Below the pieces are notes generated by a model that worked only from the letters and a program-made list of their open reading frames with translations, was not told the origin of the DNA and searched no databases. Both the position numbers and the translations under genes were made by a program. Below, one piece after another: positions 1 to 8,184 of a DNA stretch of 64,000 nt. How positions within the stretch are numbered: the stretch's first letter is position 1; every line of letters begins with the position of its first letter. Location of the stretch: positions 844,311-908,310 of the forward strand of contig NZ_JAPNJW010000001.1 of NCBI RefSeq assembly GCF_026626745.1. The letters run 5' to 3'. Origin of the DNA: Nannocystis sp. RBIL2 (GTDB lineage Bacteria > Myxococcota_A > Polyangia > Nannocystales > Nannocystaceae).

Positions 1-666
1 CTCGTGGTACGACCCGGCGTAGATGTGGCGCTGGACCGTGTGCAGCCACTGATTCAGGTCGCGCACCGCCTGCGGGATCATGCGGTCGCCGAGCGCCAGC
101 AGCTCCTGCATCGCCGCCTTCAGCTGGCGCAGGCGCTCGCTCATGCTGTTCGGCAGCACCCACCGCCCGCGGTGCAGGATCCGGTCGATCGTGGTGTTGA
201 CGCGCCCGACCAGCGAGCGGAAGTGGCGCTGCAGCTCGGCGGTGTAGCGCGACAGGTCGAGCTCCCGGATGAAGCGGACCGCGTTGCCGGAGCCGAGGCG
301 GTTGAGCAGCTCGATCGCCTCGCGCAGCACCGGCGCCGCGTCGGCCGCGTTGCGACCGACCCGCGCGAGCAGCCGGCCCACGCCCTTGATCGCGCCGCCC
401 GCCACCGGGATCAGCGCGAACAGGCAGATCGCCAGCTCGACCCACTGCATGGTCTCCTGGCGCCGCTCGGGGTGGTCGGCGAGGCGGATGACCACCGCCA
501 GGAGGTCGCGCACCGCGGTGACGTCGCCGACCACGGGGATCATGCCGATGATCGCGTCGACGATGATCTGGCTGATCGACTGCTGCTCGTTGAACCCGCC
601 GCGGACGAGGCCCCAGATCCATTCACCGACGTCGGTGATGGCGCGCATGTACTCGCCGCCGCTCAT
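1..666 (-). CDS. Partial ORF (N-terminal 222 codons, runs off the window start). Candidate T6SS cargo effector or membrane protein with two hydrophobic Gly-zipper helices.
   Basis: The minus-strand frame is open across 1-666 (no in-frame TTA/CTA/TCA on the plus strand). It starts at ATG 666-664, which overlaps the PAAR gene stop as ATGA. I translated it by hand: MSGGEYMRAITDVGEWIWGLVRGGFNEQQSISQIIVDAIIGMIPVVGDVTAVRDLLAVVIRLADHPERRQETMQWVELAICLFALIPVAGGAIKGVGRLLARVGRNAADAAPVLREAIELLNRLGSGNAVRFIRELDLSRYTAELQRHFRSLVGRVNTTIDRILHRGRWVLPNSMSERLRQLKAAMQELLALGDRMIPQAVRDLNQWLHTVQRHIYAGSYHE.... I recognise no catalytic domain. Confidence 0.45.
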   Translation of the reverse strand, partial: MSGGEYMRAITDVGEWIWGLVRGGFNEQQSISQIIVDAIIGMIPVVGDVTAVRDLLAVVIRLADHPERRQETMQWVELAICLFALIPVAGGAIKGVGRLLARVGRNAADAAPVLREAIELLNRLGSGNAVRFIRELDLSRYTAELQRHFRSLVGRVNTTIDRILHRGRWVLPNSMSERLRQLKAAMQELLALGDRMIPQAVRDLNQWLHTVQRHIYAGSYHE

Positions 667-1289
667 CGCTGCTGGCCCTCGCCGGTGACGGCGTCGATCA
701 GCGCGTCGGCGTCGCTGTCGGAGAACTCTTCCTTGAAGGTCGGGTTCGGCGTCTGCTCTTTGCGCTCCCAGGTGCGCACGTCGGGCCCGTAGCGGACGCG
801 GGCCCGCTCGGGCGGCACGCCCTCGATGCGGGCCTGGCCGTTGGCGTCGAGCTTGCCCTTGAGGATCGTGCCGTCGCGCAGCTCGACCTCGTACTCGGCC
901 TCCTGCACCGGCTCGTCGTCGTGGTAGCGGTGGTCGAGGATCAGCGTGGTGTTGCGCTGCTTCTCGCACTCCTCGCAGAACGGCTTGTCGGTGCGCAGCG
1001 CCTCGACCTGGGCCGACGAGCCGATGATCACGGTCGGGCAGCCGACGACGATCGTGCCGCCGTGGGTGGTCGGGTCGCCGAGGCGCGCGGCCGGCTTGTT
1101 GCCGATGATCACCGACGGCTCGCCGCGGGCGACGCTGTCGGGGCCGGTCGCGCACACCAGCTTGTCGCCCTCGCGCGCGGCCGGCATCATGCCGATCAGC
1201 ACCGAGGTCTCGCCGACGACCACCGGGCCGCCGACGTGGGTCGGCACCGGGCACACGTGCATGTCAGTGATGCGGGCTGCGGGCGGCAT
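663..1289 (-). CDS. PAAR-domain protein (T6SS spike tip) with a C-terminal extension of about 110 aa.
   Basis: Three PAAR motifs are present (PAARITD, PAAREGD, PAARLGD), interspersed with Gly-rich beta segments. The gene sits 15 bp downstream of vgrG. Confidence 0.85.
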   Translation of the reverse strand: MPPAARITDMHVCPVPTHVGGPVVVGETSVLIGMMPAAREGDKLVCATGPDSVARGEPSVIIGNKPAARLGDPTTHGGTIVVGCPTVIIGSSAQVEALRTDKPFCEECEKQRNTTLILDHRYHDDEPVQEAEYEVELRDGTILKGKLDANGQARIEGVPPERARVRYGPDVRTWERKEQTPNPTFKEEFSDSDADALIDAVTGEGQQR

Positions 1290-1304
1290 GACGTGTCCTT
1301 CGGG

Positions 1305-3461
1305 TCAGATGCCGCCGCTGTCGGCCGGGTCGGGCTTGGTGGGCTCGACGGGCTTGGCCTCGTCGGGGTTCTGCGGGCCGGCGGCCGTACCGGTGAGCGC
1401 CGAGCCGCCGCTGTTGATCTTCACCAGAGTGCCGACGATGTCGATGCCGCCGGCGTGAATGGTGATGAAGCCGCCGGGGCCGCGGACGGTCAGCCCCTGC
1501 GACGCCTCGATCACGACCTTGGACGACTTGTAGTGGACCTCCTTGAGCGCCTCGACCGACAACAGGCCCGTGACCTTGCGGTGGACGTCGCCCAAGACCT
1601 GCTCGTGGTGGCCGCCGCCGATCTTGATCTTGAGGTCGGCCTTGATCTCGAGGCTCTGGCTCTGCATCACCAGCTCGCGGCGGTTGCCCTCGATGATGGT
1701 GTCGACGTGGCCGACGCCGTCGATGCCGCCGACGCGGATCCGCAGGTCGCCGCCGACGTGCTCGTTGCGGTTGCGATCGATGCGCCAGTGGTGGTCGCGC
1801 CAGATGTTCTCGTAGTAGTCGCCGATCTTGGCCCCGCCGTCGTTGCTGCCGACGGTCAGGTGGCGGTTGTGCAGCACGCTCTCCATCCGGTCGTGCAGGA
1901 CGCGGATGTCCATGTTGCGCTGCGCGTGCATGAAGATCTGCTCGATCCCCTTCTGGTCCTCGAAGCGCAGCTCGTTGTAGCCGGCCCCCTGGTAGGTGTC
2001 CGACTTGATGGTGCTCTTGGTCTTCTGCTCCGGCAGCGGGTACGGCGGCAGGTTGAGGCCGTGGTAGATCCGGCCGACGATCACCGGGCGGTCGGGGTCG
2101 CCCTCGATGAAGTCGACCAGCACCTCGTGGCCGATCCGCGGGATGAACATCGCGCCCCACGAGTTGCCGGCCCACAGCTGGCTGACGCGGACCCAACACG
2201 ACGAATCCTCGCTGAACTTGTCGCTGCGGTCCCAGTGGAACTGCACCTTCACCCGCGCGTGCTCGTCGACGTAGATCTCCTCGTTGGGCGGGCCGACCAC
2301 GGTGGCCGTCTGCACGCCTCTCACCGCGGGCCGCGGGGTCACGCGCGGCGGCCGGTACGGCGTCTTGGCCTCGATGCACACGAAGCTGTTGTTGTAGGAG
2401 AACTCGGTGCCGGCGTCCTGCTCGAGCACCTGCGACTGCTCGCCCTTGTGCTCGACGCGCAGCAGCTTGTAATCGCCGTCGAGGTCGCCGCGCTGGTGGC
2501 CGGCCTGCGTGAACGAGTAGCCGGGCACGAGCCGCGGGCAATCACTCTCGCCGAGGCCGCGGCGGCGGTCGTGCTGCATCGCCTCGAGACGGATCTTCGC
2601 CAGGCCGGCGCCCTGGTCGGAGCTGCGCCCGCCGCTGACCTGGTACTCGCCGGGGAAGTCGTAGACCTCGAGGTCGGTGGCCAGCTGCGCCGACTCGCTG
2701 GCGTCCATCTGCTGGTCGGGCTTGTGAAGGTTGTGGTCGCGCAGCGCGGACTTGCCGGTGCGCACGCCCTCGAGCAGGCGGAAGCGGGTGATGTGCTCCT
2801 GTCCGCGCACGAACCCGTGCGGGGGGGCCCACCACACCTCCTGCGGCCCCGCGATCGCCGGCGCGCCGGGCTTGTCGCTCATCACGAGCACGTGCTTCTC
2901 GGCGCTGTGCTCGAAGTAATAGTAGATGCCGTCCTCCTCGAGCAGCCGGCTGACGAAGTCCCAGTCCGACTCGCGGTACTGCACGCAGTAGTCGCGCGGG
3001 TTGTACGAGGAGAACAGGTCGAAGCGGAACCAGTCGCGCGGGATCCCGGCCTTCTCGAGCACCTCGCCGACGATCGTCTGCGTCGTCTTGCGCTGGAAGA
3101 TCCGGCTGTCCTGGCGCCGCGTCAGCCGCCACACCCGCGGCACGAAGGTCACCTCGTAGATGTGGTGCTGGCGCAGCTCGCCGCTGTACTCGGCGCCGCA
3201 TACGAGGCCGTGGATCTGGCGCGGCGACTCGACGCCACCGATCGTCAGCAGCGCCGGCTTGTCGACCAGCGCCGCGAGGTCGATCTCGGGACCCGCGAGC
3301 TCGATGCGCAGCTCGAACAGCGACGAGACCGCCTCGAAGCCAGCGAAGCGGACCACTTCGAGATCGCCGGCGGAGGCGGTGAACGTGAACAGCGCCGCGT
3401 TGCCCGTCAGCGCCGAGACCAAGTTGGCGATCAAACCCCTTCCACCCCCCGGACGCGCCAT
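1305..3461 (-). CDS. vgrG: T6SS spike protein VgrG.
   Basis: The product has the gp27/gp5-like VgrG sequence (FRFDLFSSYNPRDYCVQYRESDWDFVSRLLEEDGIYYYFEH ... VGRIYHGLNLPPYPLPEQKTKSTIKSDTY ... C-terminal beta-helix GGI). The ORF-track start at 4166 is an upstream extension. The likely start is ATG 3461 (MARPGGGRGLIANL), giving 719 aa. Confidence 0.9.
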   Translation of the reverse strand: MARPGGGRGLIANLVSALTGNAALFTFTASAGDLEVVRFAGFEAVSSLFELRIELAGPEIDLAALVDKPALLTIGGVESPRQIHGLVCGAEYSGELRQHHIYEVTFVPRVWRLTRRQDSRIFQRKTTQTIVGEVLEKAGIPRDWFRFDLFSSYNPRDYCVQYRESDWDFVSRLLEEDGIYYYFEHSAEKHVLVMSDKPGAPAIAGPQEVWWAPPHGFVRGQEHITRFRLLEGVRTGKSALRDHNLHKPDQQMDASESAQLATDLEVYDFPGEYQVSGGRSSDQGAGLAKIRLEAMQHDRRRGLGESDCPRLVPGYSFTQAGHQRGDLDGDYKLLRVEHKGEQSQVLEQDAGTEFSYNNSFVCIEAKTPYRPPRVTPRPAVRGVQTATVVGPPNEEIYVDEHARVKVQFHWDRSDKFSEDSSCWVRVSQLWAGNSWGAMFIPRIGHEVLVDFIEGDPDRPVIVGRIYHGLNLPPYPLPEQKTKSTIKSDTYQGAGYNELRFEDQKGIEQIFMHAQRNMDIRVLHDRMESVLHNRHLTVGSNDGGAKIGDYYENIWRDHHWRIDRNRNEHVGGDLRIRVGGIDGVGHVDTIIEGNRRELVMQSQSLEIKADLKIKIGGGHHEQVLGDVHRKVTGLLSVEALKEVHYKSSKVVIEASQGLTVRGPGGFITIHAGGIDIVGTLVKINSGGSALTGTAAGPQNPDEAKPVEPTKPDPADSGGI

Positions 3462-3517
3462 CGTAACAGAGCGGTGTACTGGCTGTTGCCGGCCGATGTC
3501 GCGCACAGGCCCGCGAC

Positions 3518-3530
3518 GGCAGGTCCTGCC
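3518..3530. promoter_or_regulatory. 13-bp palindrome GGCAGGTCCTGCC in the 99-bp divergent vgrG / ATP-grasp intergenic region. Candidate operator.
   Basis: Perfect dyad symmetry. It is the only substantial symmetric element between the two divergent start codons. Confidence 0.25.
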
Positions 3531-3560
3531 GCGCGCGCCGACGCCCGCTAGGATGCCCGC

Positions 3561-4463
3561 ATGCGCGTACTGTTCTGCACCGACCCGCTGCTCGAGCGCC
3601 GCCCCGATCGCGCGTTCGCGCCCGAGGTCGCGGCCGCCGACGCGGTCGGCATCGCGTGGTCGTGCGTCGACTTCGAGGCCCTGGTCGCGGGAGACGTCGG
3701 CGCTGCGCTGCGCCGGGTGCAGGCGAGCGAGGCCCTCGAGGTCGCTGTCTACCGCGGCTGGATGTTGCCGCCGGCGGCCTACGACGCGCTGCACGCCGGG
3801 CTCGGCGCGCGCGGCCTGCAGCTCGTCAACGACCCCGCGGCCTATCGCAGCGCCCACCTGCTGCCCGCCGCGCTGCCGCACCTCGGCGACGACACGCCGG
3901 AGACAGTCGTGCTGCCACGCGAGGACGGCCTGCAAGAGACACAGATCGCGGCCGCTCTGGCGCGCTTCGGCGGGCGTGCGCTCGTCGTCAAGGACTACGT
4001 CAAGTCGCGCAAGCACGAGTGGAATGACGCGTGCTTCATCCGCGCCGCCGACGACATCGCCCAGGTCCGTCGCGTGGTCGGCAACTTCATCGAGCGCCAG
4101 GGCGACGACCTCGTCGGCGGCCTGGTCTTCCGCGCCTACGAGCCGCTGGTGCCGCTCGGGAACCACCCGAGGAGCGGGATGCCCCTGCCCCGCGAATGGC
4201 GGCGCTTCATCGCCGATGGGCGCGCGCTCGTCGAGGCGCCGGCGTGGGAGATCGCCGACTCGGCTGTGCCGCCGGAGTTCGCCGACCTCGCGCGCCGCGT
4301 GCCGAGCCGCTTCTTCAGCCTCGACCTCGCCGAGCGTGCAGCGGGAGGTTGGACCGCGATCGAGCTCGGCGACGGCCAGGTCGCCGGCCTGCCGCCGCTG
4401 CTCGATCCGGAGGTCTTCTACCGGGCCCTGGCGGCCTGGGATCCGCAGCCGATCGATGCGTGA
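3561..4463 (+). CDS. ATP-grasp domain protein (DUF4343-like), divergent from vgrG.
   Basis: 300-aa ORF with protein-like composition. The ALVVKDYVKSRKHEWNDACFI and FRAYEP motifs resemble ATP-grasp DUF4343-family proteins. This assignment rests on memory of the family and was not computed. Confidence 0.5.
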   Translation: MRVLFCTDPLLERRPDRAFAPEVAAADAVGIAWSCVDFEALVAGDVGAALRRVQASEALEVAVYRGWMLPPAAYDALHAGLGARGLQLVNDPAAYRSAHLLPAALPHLGDDTPETVVLPREDGLQETQIAAALARFGGRALVVKDYVKSRKHEWNDACFIRAADDIAQVRRVVGNFIERQGDDLVGGLVFRAYEPLVPLGNHPRSGMPLPREWRRFIADGRALVEAPAWEIADSAVPPEFADLARRVPSRFFSLDLAERAAGGWTAIELGDGQVAGLPPLLDPEVFYRALAAWDPQPIDA

Positions 4464-4531
4464 CGCCTAGCGGCCGAGCTGCGACGCGGCCGTGACGCGC
4501 GCGTGGATCGGCGCCGCCACCATCGCGCCCC

Positions 4532-5620
4532 ATGCGGAGCGCAGCTCGACTCGCCTGTCTCTTCGGACATATCATTCTTCTGACCGCCTGCGCCGGCGGC
4601 GACGACTCCGACACCGGCGGCTTCGCCAGCGGCCTGACCAGCGCCACTGCGAGCGCGACCACGACCACGAGCGGCGGCCCGAGCACTCAGCCACCGACCG
4701 ACGGCAGCGCCAGCGCCGGCGAGACCACCGGCACCGCGCCGACGACCACCAGCGGCGACGACTCGTCGGCAGCCGACGACTCGTCGACCACGACCTCGCC
4801 GGGGCCCGACCTGCCGGACATCGTCGCGGCGTGTACCAAGGTCGACGTGCTGCTGGTCGTCGACGCCTCGGCGACCATGGCGGACGCGCTCGCCTCGTTG
4901 CCGGCGACGTTCGCGGAGATCCAGGCGACTCTGGCGCTCGAGGTCGGCGAGGGCATCGACGACTTCCACGTCGCAGTCATCAACGCCTGCCCGAAGCCGC
5001 CGCACTTCCACAACTACGGCGCCGGCGACACCGACTGCCAGTTCCCCGGCGGCCGCAACTGGCTGGCCTCCGACGACCCGACGATCGCGCAGAACTTCGC
5101 CTGCGTGGTCCAGCTGCCGTTCCAGGACGAGGCGCTGGAGGGCAAGGGCGGCGACAACGGCGGCTACGCGTCGATCCCCGACACCTGCAGCGACGCCGAC
5201 GACGAGGACGAGCAGCCGGCCTGGACCGCCGCCAAGGCGCTCGATCCGGGAGTCGCGGTCAACGCCGGGTTCTCGCGCGCCGACTCGGTGCTGCTGGTGG
5301 TCGCGATCACCGACGAGGACGAGTCGCCGGTCGGCCCCGACGACGCCGCGAAGATCCACGACGCCATCGTCGGCGCCAAGGGCGACGCGGAGCGCGTGGT
5401 GTTCCTCGGCATCGGCGGCGACGAGGGCGGCTGCGACAACGCCTACGGCGGCGGCGAGGTCAAGGACTCCGAGGTGCTGCGCGAGGTCGCCGGGACGTTC
5501 GGCGCGCGCGGCATGTACCGATCGATGTGCAAGAAGCGCGGCGCCGACCCGATCGGCGACGCCTTCGCAGAGGCGCTGACGACCGTCGTCGACGCGGCCT
5601 GCGAGACCTTCACGCCCTGA
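4532..5620 (+). CDS. Lipoprotein with a Ser/Thr-rich linker and a vWA-like domain.
   Basis: Signal peptide with lipobox LLTAC. A TTTSGG low-complexity linker follows. VDVLLVVDASATMAD resembles a metal-ion-dependent adhesion site (MIDAS) motif, DxSxS-like. Confidence 0.6.
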   Translation: MRSAARLACLFGHIILLTACAGGDDSDTGGFASGLTSATASATTTTSGGPSTQPPTDGSASAGETTGTAPTTTSGDDSSAADDSSTTTSPGPDLPDIVAACTKVDVLLVVDASATMADALASLPATFAEIQATLALEVGEGIDDFHVAVINACPKPPHFHNYGAGDTDCQFPGGRNWLASDDPTIAQNFACVVQLPFQDEALEGKGGDNGGYASIPDTCSDADDEDEQPAWTAAKALDPGVAVNAGFSRADSVLLVVAITDEDESPVGPDDAAKIHDAIVGAKGDAERVVFLGIGGDEGGCDNAYGGGEVKDSEVLREVAGTFGARGMYRSMCKKRGADPIGDAFAEALTTVVDAACETFTP

Positions 5621-5683
5621 CTGTGCGGGGCCGCCTTCTGCTGCGCGAGGCACGGGCCGCGCCGGGCCGCGCCGGTCCGCGAG

Positions 5684-5760
5684 GACATGTCCGTTTGGCC
5701 AGGCGCCGGCGCGGCCCGCCGTCGCGGGCGCACAAAAACGGCCATGTCCTCATGGACATG
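5684..5760. repeat. GRCATGYC palindromic units (CATG at 5686, 5743, 5757) flanking a long imperfect hairpin (GGACATGTCCGTTT ... AAACGGCCATGTCC), between the end of the vWA gene and the 45-bp repeat tract.
   Basis: Read directly in the sequence. The 14-bp stem has one mismatch and a GC-rich loop of about 36 nt. The 5743/5757 pair is 14 bp apart. Confidence 0.6.
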
Positions 5761-5810
5761 GCCGTGTGAGCAGGTTCGGCGTGCGCCTCGAAAGCCGCGC
5801 CTGCTCGACC

Positions 5811-6308
5811 TCATTGCGGGCGCGGCGGGACCGTGCCGGCCCACGTGATCGCCGGCCGCTTGCCGGCGGGCTTGCTCGGCTGCTTCGCCCGCTTCGGCGG
5901 CACCTTCCCGGCCCACGTGATCGCCGGCTGCTTCGCCTTCTTCGGCACCTCGCCCGCCCACGTGATCGCCGGCTGCTTCGCCTTCTTCGGCACCTCGCCC
6001 GCCCACGTGATCGCCGGCTTCTTCGCCTTCTGCGGCACCTCGCCCGCCCACGTGATCGCCGGCTGCTTCGCCTTCTGCGGCACTGCGCCGGCCGGCTTCG
6101 TCGCGGGGCGCTCGCTGGCGTCGACACGACGGGCCGGCTTGCCGCGGCCGTGCAGGCCCGGGTCGCCCGCGGAGCCCCAGCCGTAACCGCGGCTGGCCAT
6201 CCGCGGCGCGGGGCCGTCCGACCCCCAACCGCCGTGCGACGAGAGCGTGAGGCTGCAACCGGTCACGCTGAAGAGGAGCGCCAACAGGGTCAGGATGATC
6301 TTGTGCAT
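5811..6308 (-). CDS. Small lipoprotein of uncertain validity, with five tandem PAITWAGEVPKKAKQ repeats. The far end of the ORF is open in all three minus frames and may not be coding.
   Basis: The N-terminus MHKIILTLLALLFSVTGCS is a classical signal peptide with lipobox VTGC. The rest of the product is the repeat block. The ORFs that overlap it in other frames are Arg-rich repeat artifacts. Confidence 0.6.
   Translation of the reverse strand: MHKIILTLLALLFSVTGCSLTLSSHGGWGSDGPAPRMASRGYGWGSAGDPGLHGRGKPARRVDASERPATKPAGAVPQKAKQPAITWAGEVPQKAKKPAITWAGEVPKKAKQPAITWAGEVPKKAKQPAITWAGKVPPKRAKQPSKPAGKRPAITWAGTVPPRPQ
5826..6105. repeat. Five tandem 45-bp direct repeats (unit cacgtgatcgccggctgcttcgccttcttcggcacctcgcccgcc) lying within the far end of the 5811..6308 ORF, where reading is open in all three minus frames.
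   Basis: The units are visible at about 5836, 5897, 5950, 6002 and 6047. In the 5811..6308 frame they would encode the PAITWAG repeats, but which frame, if any, is translated there is unresolved. Confidence 0.8.
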
Positions 6309-6575
6309 TTTTTAAAAACCTCGGTGCTCACGGACGCGCGTTGGATCCGCCTATTCAGACTGTCGACATTCACTGCAGATCGGCCTCTGCTCACGGCGGG
6401 GCGGCCGCCGGCGCGGGAGGCGGCGAATCGATGGCAATGTCATGACATGGCCCAAAGGACATTTTCGTTCCGGCAGTCGCGGCGAGAGCTCTTCGCGGGC
6501 GCGGGCGTCCTGCGGCTCCCGCTCGCGCCACGAGGGGGCTGGACCTGGCGAGCTCGACGGGGCAAGCTCGCGGCC

Positions 6576-6899
6576 ATGGGCTCGATTCGTTGCGAGAGGC
6601 ACGGCCAATGCGGGACGCTCGGCGCCTGCGCTCACGTCTTCGCCGCGCGCGAGGAGGACCGCCCGATCGACCTGATCGAGGCGGAGTTGCTCTTCCGGGT
6701 GTGGATCTGCCGCGAGTGCGAGGCCCTGTTCGAGCGGGCGCTGGCGACCGGCGCGCGCGACGAGACCGTGATGCGGCGGCACCACGAGCTCGACCGCCTG
6801 GGGTGCTGGCGGTGCATGCAAGAGTGGCGGGAACGCCATGCCCTCTCGGCACGACGCTCGGACGTGGACCTGGACCGTCTGGACCGCGATCGATCGTAG
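6576..6899 (+). CDS. Small Cys-rich protein (107 aa), possibly a zinc-ribbon protein.
   Basis: ATG at 6576. Eight Cys arranged in pairs (CERHGQC, CAHVF, CRECEA, CWRC). The composition is not Arg/Pro-rich noise. The upstream part of the track ORF 5766..6899 is repeat artifact. Confidence 0.3.
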   Translation: MGSIRCERHGQCGTLGACAHVFAAREEDRPIDLIEAELLFRVWICRECEALFERALATGARDETVMRRHHELDRLGCWRCMQEWRERHALSARRSDVDLDRLDRDRS

Positions 6900-7059
6900 C
6901 AGGCCGGGCGGTGCTCCAATGCTCCCCTCGTCGTCAGGCTGCGGCCTCGTGAGCGGCGAAGCATGGTTCTACGGCGCCGTCGACCTGGTGGTCCGCGGCC
7001 GGCCTCGACGCCTCCGCTTCGTGGAGAACTTCGCGCCACACTGATATCCTCCCCGCTCC

Positions 7060-8172
7060 GTGCCCCGCGCCCTGCTCCTCTGCGCGCTCCTGCTCGCCTG
7101 CGCGCGTCAGACGGCGCCGGACAAGGCGCCGCCGGCCCCGCCGCCGGCTGTGGTCGAGGTCGATCCGTGCGCCCCGGCGCCTGTCCCCGGGGACAGCTCC
7201 CGCGCGCTGACCCGGGCCGACGTGCTGCTCCGCTGCGGCGACGACGCGGGCGCGCTGGCGATCCGGTTCGCCCTGCTGCGCCGCGATCCGGGCTCGACCG
7301 CGCGGGCCTACGCGCTGGCGGTGCTGGCCCACGAGTCGGGGCGGGTCGCCGACATCGACGCGGCCGTGGGCGAGCTGCCGCTGACGGCCGGCGCGCGCGC
7401 CGTCTACCGCCTGACCCGCGACGTCTCGGCGTACCTCGACTTCAGGGCGCGAAGGCCCGAGGACCTCGGCAAGCGCGACGGGCCGCTCGACGCGGCCGCG
7501 CTGGCGCGCGACGTCGCGGCCGCGCTGGCCGTCACCGCCGACGACCCCTACGCGCTGAGCCTGGCGCTGCGCTTCACCGCGCTGCACGACGCCGACCCGC
7601 GCGAACGGGCCGCGCCGATCTGCCGCGACCGCGCCGACCCGCTGCTCGCCCGCCTGCGCGACCGCGAGGGCGCGGCGGTGCTGGCGGCCGCGTGCGGGCG
7701 GATCGCCTTTCGCTCGGCCGATCCGGTGGACGGTCGGCGCCGCTTCGCCCGCGCGCTCGAGCTGGCGCCCGACGACCACGCCGCGGCGCTCGCCTGGGCC
7801 GCCGCCGAGCTCGCGGCCGGCAACCTCGACGAGGCGGTGCGGCTGTACCAGCAGGCCTCCGCCGCGCCCTCGCCGCGACTGCGCTACGCGGCGTTCCTCG
7901 GCCTCGGGGTGAGCCACGCCCGCCGCCGCGAGCGCGAGCCGGCCGAGGCCGCCTACCGCAGCGCGCTCGGCGAGCTCGGGCTCGACACCACGACGCCCGC
8001 CAAGCTGCCGCCGGAGCTGACCTTCAACCTGGGCATCCTGCTGGCCGACGCCGCCGACCCGGCCGCCCGCGCCGAGGCCCGCGCGCTCCTGCGGGCCTAC
8101 GTCGACAACCTCGGCGCCGACGAGCGCCGCCGCCTGCGCGCGCGGATCTTGCTGCGCGAGCTCGGCGATTGA
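7060..8172 (+). CDS. Lipoprotein with TPR-like helical repeats.
   Basis: The N-terminus MPRALLLCALLLACARQ has lipobox LLAC. The rest is Ala/Leu-rich alpha-helical repeat sequence. Confidence 0.65.
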   Translation: MPRALLLCALLLACARQTAPDKAPPAPPPAVVEVDPCAPAPVPGDSSRALTRADVLLRCGDDAGALAIRFALLRRDPGSTARAYALAVLAHESGRVADIDAAVGELPLTAGARAVYRLTRDVSAYLDFRARRPEDLGKRDGPLDAAALARDVAAALAVTADDPYALSLALRFTALHDADPRERAAPICRDRADPLLARLRDREGAAVLAAACGRIAFRSADPVDGRRRFARALELAPDDHAAALAWAAAELAAGNLDEAVRLYQQASAAPSPRLRYAAFLGLGVSHARRREREPAEAAYRSALGELGLDTTTPAKLPPELTFNLGILLADAADPAARAEARALLRAYVDNLGADERRRLRARILLRELGD

Positions 8173-8184
8173 GACTGTCTTCTC

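Noticed and set aside
4-792. 262-aa plus-strand ORF (plus the nested 269..688 ORF).
   Set aside because: It is antisense to the verified open minus-strand frame and the PAAR gene. Arg/Ala/Gln-rich composition typical of a high-GC mirror frame.
921-4166. Long ORFs 921..3551(+), 1264..2541(-), 2542..3201(-), 3160..4470(+), and the 5' extension of the vgrG ORF to 4166.
   Set aside because: All overlap vgrG or the ATP-grasp gene in other frames or strands, with Arg/Pro/Gly-rich low-complexity translations. The vgrG N-terminal extension (3462-4166) is non-VgrG-like and runs through the ATP-grasp gene.
4418-6258. ORFs 4418..5653(-), 4492..5769(+), 5443..6258(-), 5750..6127(-), 5833..6186(+), 5766..6575(+).
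   Set aside because: They are antisense to, or frame-shifted from, the vWA lipoprotein. Or they are repeat-driven artifacts across the 45-bp tandem repeats (RRRRSSRRSRGRARC, AGDHVGGRGA, PAHVIAGCFAFFGTS patterns). No frame is demonstrably translated across the repeats; the 5811..6308 frame is favoured only because its N-terminus is a signal peptide with a lipobox.
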